From NCBI GenBank assembly GCA_025350525.1, contig JANXXR010000621.1, positions 1 through 48,211 on the forward strand: a stretch of DNA of 48,211 nucleotides, in the 5' to 3' direction. The DNA comes from Deltaproteobacteria bacterium (GTDB taxonomy: Bacteria; Myxococcota; Myxococcia; Myxococcales; 40CM-4-68-19). The notes under the pieces were generated by a model. The model was not told where the DNA came from, did not search any database, and saw only the letters and a list, made by a program, of their open reading frames with translations. The position numbers and the translations under genes are program-made. Positions 1 through 8,103 of this stretch are shown here, piece after piece (within the stretch, counting starts at the first letter, position 1; each line of letters opens with the position of its first letter).

Positions 1-1288
1 CGCCAAGGATGGCGGCAGCGGCACGGCCTCGACGAGGTCCCTGCGGAGTGCACTTGGACGCTGAACGAGGCATGTGACTGGTGGTTGAAGGAGCGGTGCC
101 CCGAGCCGAGCCTCGAGCGCGAGCGCTCGCGGCTCACAACGCACGTCTTCGACCACGCTTTGGGCCAAGGGCGCCTGGGCATGATCGACAACACCGCGAT
201 CGATTTACTTCTCCGCGAGCTTCAGAAAGCTGGACAGGCACCGGGGTCTGTCAACAAGCTGCGCGGAACGCTCTCGTCTGTTTTCGCGAACGCGATCGAT
301 GCGAAGAGATGGACGGGAAAGAACCCCGTGGCTGACGTCGACGCGCGACGGGTACCCAAGCGTGTCTTCGAGACCCTTCGAGCCGACGAGGTTCCGGGCG
401 TTCTCGAGGCCGCGAGCGGCGAATGGCAGGACCTGTTCGCAACAGCCCTCTACTTGGGCCTCCGCAAGGGCGAGCTCTTCGGCCTGCGAAAAACCGACGT
501 CCGGCTGGTTGACGGGACGCTGGTCGTGCGTCGATCGCATCAACGCGAAGGTACGAAGGGCGGCGACGAGGCCCTTCTGCCCATCCCCGAGCCGCTCATC
601 CAATACCTCGAGCACGCCATCGATACGGCCCGTGGCTCGCTGCTCTTTCCGCGCGCCAACGGCAAGCCTCGGCCGGAGAAGACGGGCATGGAGAAGGTGC
701 TGCGTCGCACTCTGGCGCGCGCGGGCGTCCTCACCGGCTACCGACACACATGCCGGCGCTGTGCGGCGAAGAAGAAGCCCTACAGCGAGGAGCACGCCGA
801 CAACGAGCTGCGGCGCTGTCCCGTGAAGGATGAAGCGGGCGCGGTCTGCAACATGAAGCTGTGGGCCACCGGCCTGCCGCGCTGGATGCGCTTCCACGAC
901 CTCCGCCACACGACCGCCACCCTCCTGCTCAAAGCCCGCGTTCCGATGTACGTGGTGCAGAAGATCCTTCGGCACGCCGACATCAAGACGACGGTCGGCA
1001 TCTACGGCCATCTCGACATCGAGGACTCGCGCGAGGCGCTCAAGTCCATGCCGGCCGCGCGTCACTCCGGATCAGGCCAATCGGACACCGACTCGGAGCC
1101 GCCGACCACTTCCGGTGGTCCAAATGTTCCATCTTTGTTCCAAGCGAACGGGGAGGCTCAGGAACACGAAGGCCCCGGTCCGAGATTCCTCTCTGAAACC
1201 GGGGCCTTAGATTGGAGCGGAACACCGGATTCGAACCGGCGACCTTCGCCTTGGCAAGGCGACGCTCTACCAACTGAGCTAGTTCCGC
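1..1288. mobile_element. Probable end of an integrated prophage or genomic island abutting tRNA-Gly. The body of the element would lie left of the window.
   Basis: The integrase gene lies immediately downstream of the 3' end of the tRNA (the tRNA is on the minus strand with its 3' CCA at 1213). This is the classic tRNA-3'-end integration geometry. No second att copy is visible in the window. Confidence 0.45.
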
Positions 1289-1308
1289 GAAGCGGGCGAC
1301 GGATTTAG
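1..1308 (+). CDS. Tyrosine recombinase / phage-type integrase. The 5' end is off-window and the 3' end reads through the complement of tRNA-Gly.
   Basis: Frame +1 is open from nt 1, so the track start at 85 is only the first TTG. It has an N-terminal SAM-like region (TLNEACDWWLKERC...) and the catalytic signature RFHDLRHTTATLL ... HADIKTTVGIYGHL. A CxxC-x18-Cx9C insert sits just before the HDLRH box. After the catalytic Tyr the ORF runs on without a stop across the antisense of the tRNA to TAG at 1306-1308. Confidence 0.85.
   Translation, partial: RQGWRQRHGLDEVPAECTWTLNEACDWWLKERCPEPSLERERSRLTTHVFDHALGQGRLGMIDNTAIDLLLRELQKAGQAPGSVNKLRGTLSSVFANAIDAKRWTGKNPVADVDARRVPKRVFETLRADEVPGVLEAASGEWQDLFATALYLGLRKGELFGLRKTDVRLVDGTLVVRRSHQREGTKGGDEALLPIPEPLIQYLEHAIDTARGSLLFPRANGKPRPEKTGMEKVLRRTLARAGVLTGYRHTCRRCAAKKKPYSEEHADNELRRCPVKDEAGAVCNMKLWATGLPRWMRFHDLRHTTATLLLKARVPMYVVQKILRHADIKTTVGIYGHLDIEDSREALKSMPAARHSGSGQSDTDSEPPTTSGGPNVPSLFQANGEAQEHEGPGPRFLSETGALDWSGTPDSNRRPSPWQGDALPTELVPRSGRRI
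1213..1288 (-). tRNA. tRNA-Gly (anticodon GCC), with encoded CCA
   Basis: The 76-nt minus-strand sequence GCGGAAC-TA-GCTC-AGTTGGTA-GAGC-G-TCGCC-TTGCCAA-GGCGA-AGGTC-GCCGG-TTCGAAT-CCGGT-GTTCCGC-TCCA folds as a canonical cloverleaf. The anticodon loop is TTGCCAA. Confidence 0.95.
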
Positions 1309-1973
1309 CCCCGCTGCTCTCCGGTGTCAAGCGTGTAGAAGGCGCGGATGTACTCGACCGCCGAGGCGATGCCCGGCACCAGCGACAGGTAGAGCAGCAC
1401 GCTGCCCACCGCCTGGAAATCGGCCATCACCGTGCCGACCAGGAAGTCGATGGCGAAGTGGTAGTGCAGCATCAGGCAGATGATGCCGGTCAGCTGCAGC
1501 GAGGTCTTCCACTTGCCGCCCTGCGAGGCCGCGATCACCAGCCCCTCGCTGACGGCGATGGTGCGCAGGCCGGAGATGAGGAACTCGCGGGCGATGATGA
1601 TCACCACCACCCAGACCGGCGCCCGCCCCAGCCGCACCAGCATCACCAGCGCCGAGAGGACGATGATCTTGTCGGCCAGCGGGTCGAGAAACTTGCCCAG
1701 CGTGGTGACCTTGTCCGAGACGCGGGCGAGCCAGCCGTCCACCCAGTCGGTGAGCGCGGCCACCGAGTAGATGGCGGCGGCGAGGAAGCTGTTGCGCCTG
1801 TTTTCGTAATATAGTAAGTATAAAAATACGGGCACCAGCAGCATCCGCCCCAGCGTCATCATGTTGGGGGCGTTGAGCAGCTCCTCGCGCAGCCGCTCGC
1901 GGCGGTTCAGCTTGCGCGGGAGCGCGCTGACCAGCACCGGCTGCGCCGGACCTGCGACCTGGGGCGCCGCCAT
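1305..1973 (-). CDS. pgsA: CDP-diacylglycerol--glycerol-3-phosphate 3-phosphatidyltransferase (CDP-alcohol phosphatidyltransferase family)
   Basis: It carries the motif DWVDGWLARVSDKVTTLGKFLDPLADKI, which matches D-x2-DG-x2-AR-x8-G-x3-D-x3-D. It is a multi-TM protein with the typical N-terminal NAPNMMTLGR segment. Confidence 0.85.
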   Translation of the reverse strand: MAAPQVAGPAQPVLVSALPRKLNRRERLREELLNAPNMMTLGRMLLVPVFLYLLYYENRRNSFLAAAIYSVAALTDWVDGWLARVSDKVTTLGKFLDPLADKIIVLSALVMLVRLGRAPVWVVVIIIAREFLISGLRTIAVSEGLVIAASQGGKWKTSLQLTGIICLMLHYHFAIDFLVGTVMADFQAVGSVLLYLSLVPGIASAVEYIRAFYTLDTGEQRG

Positions 1974-1976
1974 CGG

Positions 1977-3467
1977 CTATCTCCCGGCCGGAACGTCGAT
2001 CAGCGCCCGGCCCTCGCCGGCCAGCTCCAGCGCCACTCCCAGCTCGGGCGCCTCCTCGACGATGGGCACCAGGCGCGGCTGGATGAGCGGACCGTGCCAA
2101 CCCACCAGCTGGTCCATGGGGATACGCAGCGCCTCGCCGCGCTGCACCTCCACCGAGCGGGGCACGCCGTGGGTGACGATGAGCAGCTTGCCGTGGCCGC
2201 GCAGGTGGACGAGGTGGAGGTCGGCGCCGGCCTTGGACGGCACGCGGCCGTTCTCGAAGAGGATGCTCTCCTCGAAAGCGAAGAGGCCCTCCTCGCGAAA
2301 GTAGGCGGGCTCGTCGCCCAGCTCCATGGCGGTGAAAGTCCGGCCCTCGCGCGCGACCACGAAGCGGCCCTCGCCCGCGGCGCGCAGCATCCGCCGCGGT
2401 CCGTCGCCGAAGGGCTTGTCGGTGGCCTTGCCGCGGAACCGCTTCAGCTCCGGCTTCAAGATGACCGAGCCCCACGACGCCACCAGCCCGTCGAGCCGGG
2501 TCAGCACCTCGCCGCGGACCTGGATGAGCACCTCGCTGGGCCCGATGGCGAAGTTGCCGCCCTGCTCGGTCGGCATGGTCATGCGGCTCGAGTTGGTGAA
2601 CTGCGCCATGGTGCCCATCGGCGCGCCGGAGGCTTCGGCCGCCGCCTGCGAAGGCGTGGCGGCGGGAGGCTGCGACGGCTCCGGCGTATTGAGGACCATG
2701 CGGCCGACGGGGGTGGCCTCGACCTTGGGCGCCACCGGCGGCGCGACCGTGGAGGCGGGCCCCGTCGCCACCCAGCGCGTGCCCTGCGGCGGCGTCTCCC
2801 GCTGCGGCGGCGCCTCGAGGCCGGCGGGCCTGGCCATCTCCAGCGTGTCGCGCTTCTTGGCGGCGGCCGGCGGCGGCGGCGACTCGACCGCGGCCTGGAA
2901 GGGCTTCTCCGAGGAGAGCGCCTCGCTCGCGTCCTGCGCCACCTCGCGCAGCGGCGCCTGCTGGAGCGCCTGATCCATCCGTTCGGCCATGGCGTCGTTG
3001 CCGGCCTTGAGGAACCACTCGCGCGCCCGGGACAACTCGCCCTTCTGCGCCAGCGCGAGGCCGAGGTAGTTCTGCGCCTTCTGGTGGTCGGGCGCGAGGT
3101 CGAGCGCGGTCTCGAAGCAGCGCACCGCATCGGCCGACAAGGTCGACTTGAGGAAGACCAGCCCGAGGTTGACCCGCAGCGTCGGGTCGGCGGGGTGGTC
3201 CTCGATCAGACTGCGGTAGATCTCCTCGGCCTTGGCGAGCTCGCCCAGCTTGAAGAGCGAGAGGCCCAGCAGATTGCGCGCGCGCTGGTTGCGCGGCTTG
3301 TAGCGCAGGGCCTTTTCCAGCGCGTTGCGGGCATCGGCGGGGTTGCCCTGCGCCAGCGCCTCGGTGCCCTGCGCGAGCGCCCGGTCGAACTCCTGGCCGC
3401 CGGCGACGTCGGCGTCATCCTCGTCGAAGATGCCGTTCTCGGCCGCCCCCGCCCCGGATTCGATCAC
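1977..3467 (-). CDS. TPR-repeat protein with a Pro/Ala-rich linker and a C-terminal AIM24/DUF124-like beta domain
   Basis: This is the real part of the 716-aa track ORF. The GTG start at 3467 overlaps the TGA of the upstream SLT gene (GTGA). The N-terminus has TPR repeats (ARNALEKALRYKPRNQRARNLLGLSLFKLGELAKAEEIY...). The middle is low-complexity PPPPAAAKK...PQ. The C-terminus has GEVLTRLDGLVASWGSV ... LRGHGKLLIVTHG ... GEALRIPMDQLVGW, which resembles AIM24-type folds. The fold call is tentative. Confidence 0.65.
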   Translation of the reverse strand: MIESGAGAAENGIFDEDDADVAGGQEFDRALAQGTEALAQGNPADARNALEKALRYKPRNQRARNLLGLSLFKLGELAKAEEIYRSLIEDHPADPTLRVNLGLVFLKSTLSADAVRCFETALDLAPDHQKAQNYLGLALAQKGELSRAREWFLKAGNDAMAERMDQALQQAPLREVAQDASEALSSEKPFQAAVESPPPPAAAKKRDTLEMARPAGLEAPPQRETPPQGTRWVATGPASTVAPPVAPKVEATPVGRMVLNTPEPSQPPAATPSQAAAEASGAPMGTMAQFTNSSRMTMPTEQGGNFAIGPSEVLIQVRGEVLTRLDGLVASWGSVILKPELKRFRGKATDKPFGDGPRRMLRAAGEGRFVVAREGRTFTAMELGDEPAYFREEGLFAFEESILFENGRVPSKAGADLHLVHLRGHGKLLIVTHGVPRSVEVQRGEALRIPMDQLVGWHGPLIQPRLVPIVEEAPELGVALELAGEGRALIDVPAGR

Positions 3468-4087
3468 TGCCGCGGCTCCTGGTTGGAGGCGAGCTTGCGG
3501 GGCGACTTGGCGCGGAGCTGGCGGTAGTAGGCCATCACCTTCTTGCAGTACTGGCGGGTCTCGTCGAAGGGCGGAACGCCGCCGTATTTTCGCACCGCAT
3601 CGGGGCCGGCGTTGTAGGCCGCGAGCGTGAGGAGCATGTCGCCGTTGAACTGGTTGGCGAGGAAGCGCAGGTAGCGCGTGCCGCCCATGATGTTCTGCGC
3701 GGGGTCCACCGGGTCCTGCACGTACATGTCGCCCGCCGTCCTCGGCATCAGCTGCATCAGGCCCAGCGCGCCGGTGCGCGAGACCGCGGAGGCGTCGCCG
3801 GCGCTCTCGGCCCAGATGACCGCGCGCACGAGCTCGGCGGGGACGTTGTAGACCTGCGCGGCGCGATCGATCTCGTCGGGGGGAGCGTCGTTGCGGCGCT
3901 CCCACCAGTTGTTGGCCTTCTTGACCGGCGCGACCGCCTGCCGCGGCGAGCCGTGCACGCGGGAGGCGGGGGGCGGCGGATTGTCTTCCACGTGCAGCAC
4001 GCCGTCCTTGTCCACCCACTTGTGCAAGGCCGCCCGCGCCGACACGGGCGGCGCAAAAAGCAGGCAGGCGAGGAGCAGGCGCGTCAT
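3464..4087 (-). CDS. Lytic transglycosylase (SLT domain) with an N-terminal DUF4124-like segment and a signal peptide
   Basis: It has the signal peptide MTRLLLACLLFAPPVSARA and the DUF4124-like segment KWVDKDGVLHVEDNPP. The SLT catalytic motif is IWAESAGDASAVSRTGALGLMQLMP, followed by AAYNAGPDAV. Confidence 0.85.
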   Translation of the reverse strand: MTRLLLACLLFAPPVSARAALHKWVDKDGVLHVEDNPPPPASRVHGSPRQAVAPVKKANNWWERRNDAPPDEIDRAAQVYNVPAELVRAVIWAESAGDASAVSRTGALGLMQLMPRTAGDMYVQDPVDPAQNIMGGTRYLRFLANQFNGDMLLTLAAYNAGPDAVRKYGGVPPFDETRQYCKKVMAYYRQLRAKSPRKLASNQEPRQ

Positions 4088-4162
4088 TCAGAGGAGAACG
4101 ATAACTCCTCGTAGAGCGGACTAGCAAATGTTTGCCGCCCCGCCTTCTGTTATCAGTCGGTC

Positions 4163-5767
4163 ATGCGTCAGTCCTTTGACTACCTGGTTCTGGGCTCCGG
4201 CATCGCCGGCCTCTCCTTCGCGCTGCAGGCCAGCAGGCATGGAACCGTCGCCCTGCTCGCCAAGCGCGCCCGCAGCGAGACCAACACCATCTACGCGCAG
4301 GGCGGCATCGCCGCGGTGATGGCGCCCCCCGACAGCGTCGATGAGCACGTCCGCGACACCTTGGTGGCGGGGGGCGGGCTCTGCCGGGAGGACGCCGTCC
4401 GGGTCACCATCGGCGAAGGGCCCGCCCGGGTGCGCGAGCTGATCGACCTGGGCGCCGAGTTCACCCGCGACTCGACGCCCCTCGGCTACCACCTCACCCG
4501 CGAGGGCGGCCACTCGCGCCGCCGGGTGCTGCACGCCGCCGACCAGACGGGCCGCGCCATCGAGCGCACGCTGCTCGACGCCGCCGCCCGCGCCGGCGTG
4601 CAGTTCTTCGAGGAGCACCACGCCATCGACCTGATCATGTCGTCGCGAGTCCACTCGTCGGCGCCCGACCGCGTGCTGGGGGCCTACGCGCTCGATCTCA
4701 AGACCGGCGAGGTGAAGGCGTTCGTCGCCAAGGCGGTGCTGCTCGCCACCGGCGGCGCCGGCAAGGTCTACACCTATACCTCCAACCCCGACGTCGCCAC
4801 CGGTGACGGCCTCGCCATGGCGCACCGGGCGGGGGCGGCCATCGCCAACCTCGAGTTCATCCAGTTCCACCCCACCGTGCTCTTCCATCCGCAGGCGAAG
4901 AGCTTCCTCATCAGCGAGGCGCTGCGCGGCGAGGGCGGCATCCTGCGCAACAAGGCGGGGGAGGCGTTCATGGAGCGCTACGACCCCCGCAAAGAACTGG
5001 CGCCGCGCGACGTGGTGGCCCTGAGCATCGACGCCGAGCTCAAGCGGCGCGGCGACGACTGCGCCTTCCTCGACATGACCCACCTGGGCAAGGCGTTCCT
5101 CATCGAGCACTTCCCGCACATCTATACGACCTGCGCCGCCTTCGGGGTGGACATGGCGACGACGCCCATTCCGGTGGTGCCGGCGGCGCACTACGTCTGC
5201 GGCGGCGTCTGCACCGACCTGAACGGGCAGACCTCGATCCCGGGCCTGCTGGCGGCGGGGGAAGTGGCTTGCACCGGGCTGCACGGCGCCAACCGGCTGG
5301 CCTCCAACTCGCTCTTGGAGGGGCTGGTCTTCGGGCATCGCGCCGCGGAGACGGCGCGGCGCATCGCCGCCGATTCGCCGCGCATGCCGGAGGTGCCGGA
5401 GTGGGATCCGGGCCGCGCGGTGCCGCCGGACGAGGGCGTCATCGTCAAGCAGAACTGGGACGAGATCCGCCACCTGATGTGGAACTACGTCGGCATCGTG
5501 CGGACCGACAAGCGGCTGGCGCGGGCGCAGCGGCGGCTCGACAACCTGGTCGGCGAGATCCAGGAGTACTACTGGGGCTATCTGGTGACCCGCGACCTGC
5601 TCGAGCTGCGCAACCTGGCCGACGTGGCGCGCCTCATCGTCGCCTGCGCGCAGGAGCGGAAGGAGAGCCGCGGCCTGCACTACACCCTGTCGTGGCCGGG
5701 GCAGATCGAGCCTCGCGACACGGTGCTGGTCCGCGGCAAGCCGGCCCCCGACGCCTGGCCGCGCTGA
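4163..5767 (+). CDS. nadB: L-aspartate oxidase
   Basis: It has the FAD fingerprint FDYLVLGSGIAGLSFA. The length is 534 aa, with the typical blocks IYAQGGIAA, RELAPRDVVA, HYVCGGV and GANRLASNSLLEGLVFG. Confidence 0.95.
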   Translation: MRQSFDYLVLGSGIAGLSFALQASRHGTVALLAKRARSETNTIYAQGGIAAVMAPPDSVDEHVRDTLVAGGGLCREDAVRVTIGEGPARVRELIDLGAEFTRDSTPLGYHLTREGGHSRRRVLHAADQTGRAIERTLLDAAARAGVQFFEEHHAIDLIMSSRVHSSAPDRVLGAYALDLKTGEVKAFVAKAVLLATGGAGKVYTYTSNPDVATGDGLAMAHRAGAAIANLEFIQFHPTVLFHPQAKSFLISEALRGEGGILRNKAGEAFMERYDPRKELAPRDVVALSIDAELKRRGDDCAFLDMTHLGKAFLIEHFPHIYTTCAAFGVDMATTPIPVVPAAHYVCGGVCTDLNGQTSIPGLLAAGEVACTGLHGANRLASNSLLEGLVFGHRAAETARRIAADSPRMPEVPEWDPGRAVPPDEGVIVKQNWDEIRHLMWNYVGIVRTDKRLARAQRRLDNLVGEIQEYYWGYLVTRDLLELRNLADVARLIVACAQERKESRGLHYTLSWPGQIEPRDTVLVRGKPAPDAWPR

Positions 5768-5802
5768 CCCCGAAAAAAAAATTAATTTTTTTTTGGGGGG
5801 GG
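5768..5802. repeat. AT-only perfect palindrome A9-TTAA-T9 clamped by CCCC(G)/G8. It may act as a bidirectional terminator.
   Basis: The sequence CCCCG-AAAAAAAAATTAATTTTTTTTT-GGGGGGGG starts on the base after the nadB stop codon. It lies between convergent genes (nadB on +, the 5870..6622 lipoprotein gene on -). The existence score is high, but the function is uncertain. Confidence 0.9.
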
Positions 5803-5869
5803 CCGCAGAGACCCTCACCGGGGGTGTCCAACGATTGCACGACGCCGTTGGACAGATTCGTTTCTGGAT

Positions 5870-6622
5870 TCAGTGCGCGCTAGGAGTGGGGCGCTCTTCC
5901 GGCCCGCCCTCGCTGCGCAGCGGGCGATCCGGATCGCCGTCCAGCCGCCAGTTGAAGGTCATCTTGCCCAGCGCCCCCGCGATCACGAGGTGCGTCTCCG
6001 AGGGGATGAACGACTCGAGCGGCCGCGGCGGCGGCACCTGCGCGGCAGGCCCCTGCGCGGCAGGCCCCTGCCCTGCCGGCGCTGGCGGGGTCGCGACCTG
6101 CGGCGCCGCCCCGGGCTCAGGAAAGCGGATCACATACGCGATCGAATACTCGTCGAGATAGGGATAGAGCGCGCGCAGCTCGGCGTTGAAGGGCCGCTCG
6201 TAGCGCACGATCCGCTCGGGAGACCGCTCGCCCAGGCCCAGGTTCACGGCGATGCGCCACACCGAGCTGGGCTCGTTCCAGTCGTTGGCGGTGCGGTCGG
6301 GCATGTAAGTGATGGCGAAGAAGGCCGGCTGCCGGTACTGCTCCCGCATCCGCGCCAGCGTCTCGGCCGCCTGGTCGGGCAGCTCGGCGCGCATCTTCGA
6401 CAGCTCCTGCGCCTGCGCGGCGACGAACTCGGGCGAGAGGTAGATCACGCGCGTGAAGGCGCGGGTCTCGAGGCCGCTGTAGAGCGCCACCGTCCGCGTC
6501 CAGCGCTTGAGCGCCTTGCCGTAGTCGCCTTCGAGGTGCGGATCGGGAAAGGGCAGCGATCGGCAGGAGGCGGCGCAGAGCAGGCACAGCGCGGCGGCAA
6601 GCTTTCCAGCGACTGCTCTCAT
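5870..6622 (-). CDS. Hypothetical lipoprotein
   Basis: The ATG at 6622 overlaps the pyrE stop (ATGA). It has the lipobox-type N-terminus MRAVAGKLAAALCLLCAASC. The C-terminal region is Pro-rich and contains a GPAAQGPAAQ repeat. I recognise no family. Confidence 0.65.
   Translation of the reverse strand: MRAVAGKLAAALCLLCAASCRSLPFPDPHLEGDYGKALKRWTRTVALYSGLETRAFTRVIYLSPEFVAAQAQELSKMRAELPDQAAETLARMREQYRQPAFFAITYMPDRTANDWNEPSSVWRIAVNLGLGERSPERIVRYERPFNAELRALYPYLDEYSIAYVIRFPEPGAAPQVATPPAPAGQGPAAQGPAAQVPPPRPLESFIPSETHLVIAGALGKMTFNWRLDGDPDRPLRSEGGPEERPTPSAH
6038..6067. repeat. 15-bp tandem duplication (CTGCGCGGCAGGCCC x2) inside the lipoprotein gene
   Basis: It is read directly from the sequence and is in-frame, encoding GPAAQ-GPAAQ on the minus strand. 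Confidence 0.85.
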
Positions 6623-7170
6623 GGGAAATCGCTCCTGCGAAAGAGCGCCCGCAAGGGAACTCCGGATGCCTCCACCGCCTGCCGGCCGCCTTCCTCGCGA
6701 TCGACCAGCGCCACCACGCCCAGCACGGAGAATCCTTCGCTGCGCACCCGCTCGACCGCCTTGAGGGTGCTGGCGCCGGTGGTGACCACGTCCTCCACCA
6801 CCGCCACCGCGGCGCCCGGCGGAATCGCCTTCTTGCCCTCGAGCCACTGGGCGGTGCCGTGGCCCTTGGGCTCCTTGCGCACGTAGAAGGCGGGGATGCC
6901 CGGCGGCGCTTCGAGGAAGCTGGTGAGCGCGGCGGCGCTGGCGATGGGGTCCGCGCCCATGGTCATGCCGCCGACCGCGCGGGCGCCCGCGAAGTGGGCG
7001 CGGATCTCCGCCATCACCAGCCGTCCGACCAGGACGTGCCCTTCGGCGGTGAGCGAGGCCTGCTTGGTGTCGATGTAGAAGTCGCTCTCGCGCCCCGACG
7101 AGAGGGTGACTTTCCGCTTCTCGTAGGCGAGCCGGGTGAGCAGCTCGAGCAGCCGCTCGCGGTCGCTCAT
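6619..7170 (-). CDS. pyrE: Orotate phosphoribosyltransferase
   Basis: It has the PRPP-binding loop VAVVEDVVTTGAST and the N-terminal block FTLSSGRESDFYID-type (VTLSSGRESDFYIDTK). The length is 183 aa. Confidence 0.93.
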   Translation of the reverse strand: MSDRERLLELLTRLAYEKRKVTLSSGRESDFYIDTKQASLTAEGHVLVGRLVMAEIRAHFAGARAVGGMTMGADPIASAAALTSFLEAPPGIPAFYVRKEPKGHGTAQWLEGKKAIPPGAAVAVVEDVVTTGASTLKAVERVRSEGFSVLGVVALVDREEGGRQAVEASGVPLRALFRRSDFP

Positions 7171-8036
7171 CGCCCCGCCGCGGCCCGCGCGGAGTCCTGG
7201 GCGCGCTCGTACAGCCAGCCGATGACGTCCTTGAAGACCAGGTCGCGCTCAGGCTCGTGGAAGAGCTCGTGGAGCAGGCCGTCGTACTGCTTGTGCTGCT
7301 TGTCCTTGGAGGTGGCCGCCTCGAAGAACTCGCGCCCGGCGGCAGGGTCGGCGATGGGGTCGGCGCCGCCGAAGAGCATCAGGAACGGCGTGACGAACTC
7401 GGTGGCCCTGCGCAGCACCGTCTCCTGCGCGCCGTTGGAAGCGGTGAACCAGCCCGGCGTGGCGATCTGCTGGTAGAGCGGATCGGCCTTGGTGGCGTTC
7501 TGGATGGCGACGTCGCGGGTGAGCTGCTCGGCCTTGAGATCGTTGCGCATCGGCAGGCTGGGGAAGATGCGCGCCATCAGCTTGCCGGCCAGGATCTTCA
7601 GCGCCGGCACCTCGAGCTTGAGCCGGAAGTACGGCGACGAGAGCACCACGCCCCGCACCGCCTCGGGCTTGTCGAGCAGGTAGCGCGCCGCGATCAGGCC
7701 GCCGTGGCTGTGGCCGACGAGGAAGACCGGCAGGCCGCGCGCCTGCTCCTTCACCCGCGCGAGGAAGAGCTCGAGGTCGGAGAGGTACTGATCGAAGTTG
7801 TCGGCGTGGGCGCGCTTGCCGCCGCTCTGGCCGTGGCCGCGGCAGTCGAGCAGGTGGACGGTGTAGCCCGCATCGGCCAGCGCCCGCGTCACCTCGGCGT
7901 GACGGCCCAGGTGCTCGGCGTAGCCGTGGACGACCGCCACGTGCGCGGCGGGGCTCTGCGCTTTTGCGGTGTGCCAGAAGAGCCGCAGCCCGTCGCGCGC
8001 GCTGAAGTAGCCCTCCTCGGTCTGGATGCCTTCCAC
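7167..8036 (-). CDS. Alpha/beta hydrolase (lysophospholipase / monoacylglycerol-lipase-like)
   Basis: It has the nucleophile elbow GHSHGG, an HGYAEHLGRH oxyanion region and a C-terminal LLHELFHE block. Its stop overlaps the pyrE start. Confidence 0.85.
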   Translation of the reverse strand: MEGIQTEEGYFSARDGLRLFWHTAKAQSPAAHVAVVHGYAEHLGRHAEVTRALADAGYTVHLLDCRGHGQSGGKRAHADNFDQYLSDLELFLARVKEQARGLPVFLVGHSHGGLIAARYLLDKPEAVRGVVLSSPYFRLKLEVPALKILAGKLMARIFPSLPMRNDLKAEQLTRDVAIQNATKADPLYQQIATPGWFTASNGAQETVLRRATEFVTPFLMLFGGADPIADPAAGREFFEAATSKDKQHKQYDGLLHELFHEPERDLVFKDVIGWLYERAQDSARAAAGR

Positions 8037-8103
8037 GCTTGCGCCTCCACTTGCTCCGAGCGCCCGTCCGGGTGGCCCCTCAGAACACGGCGAAGGAGCG
8101 CAG

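Noticed and set aside
4091-4110. A GAGGAG-N8-CTCCTC inverted repeat lies in the divergent nadB / SLT promoter region.
   Set aside because: A 6-bp stem of SD-like sequence in a 75-bp spacer can plausibly arise by chance or from ribosome-binding sites. There is nothing to tie it to a regulator.
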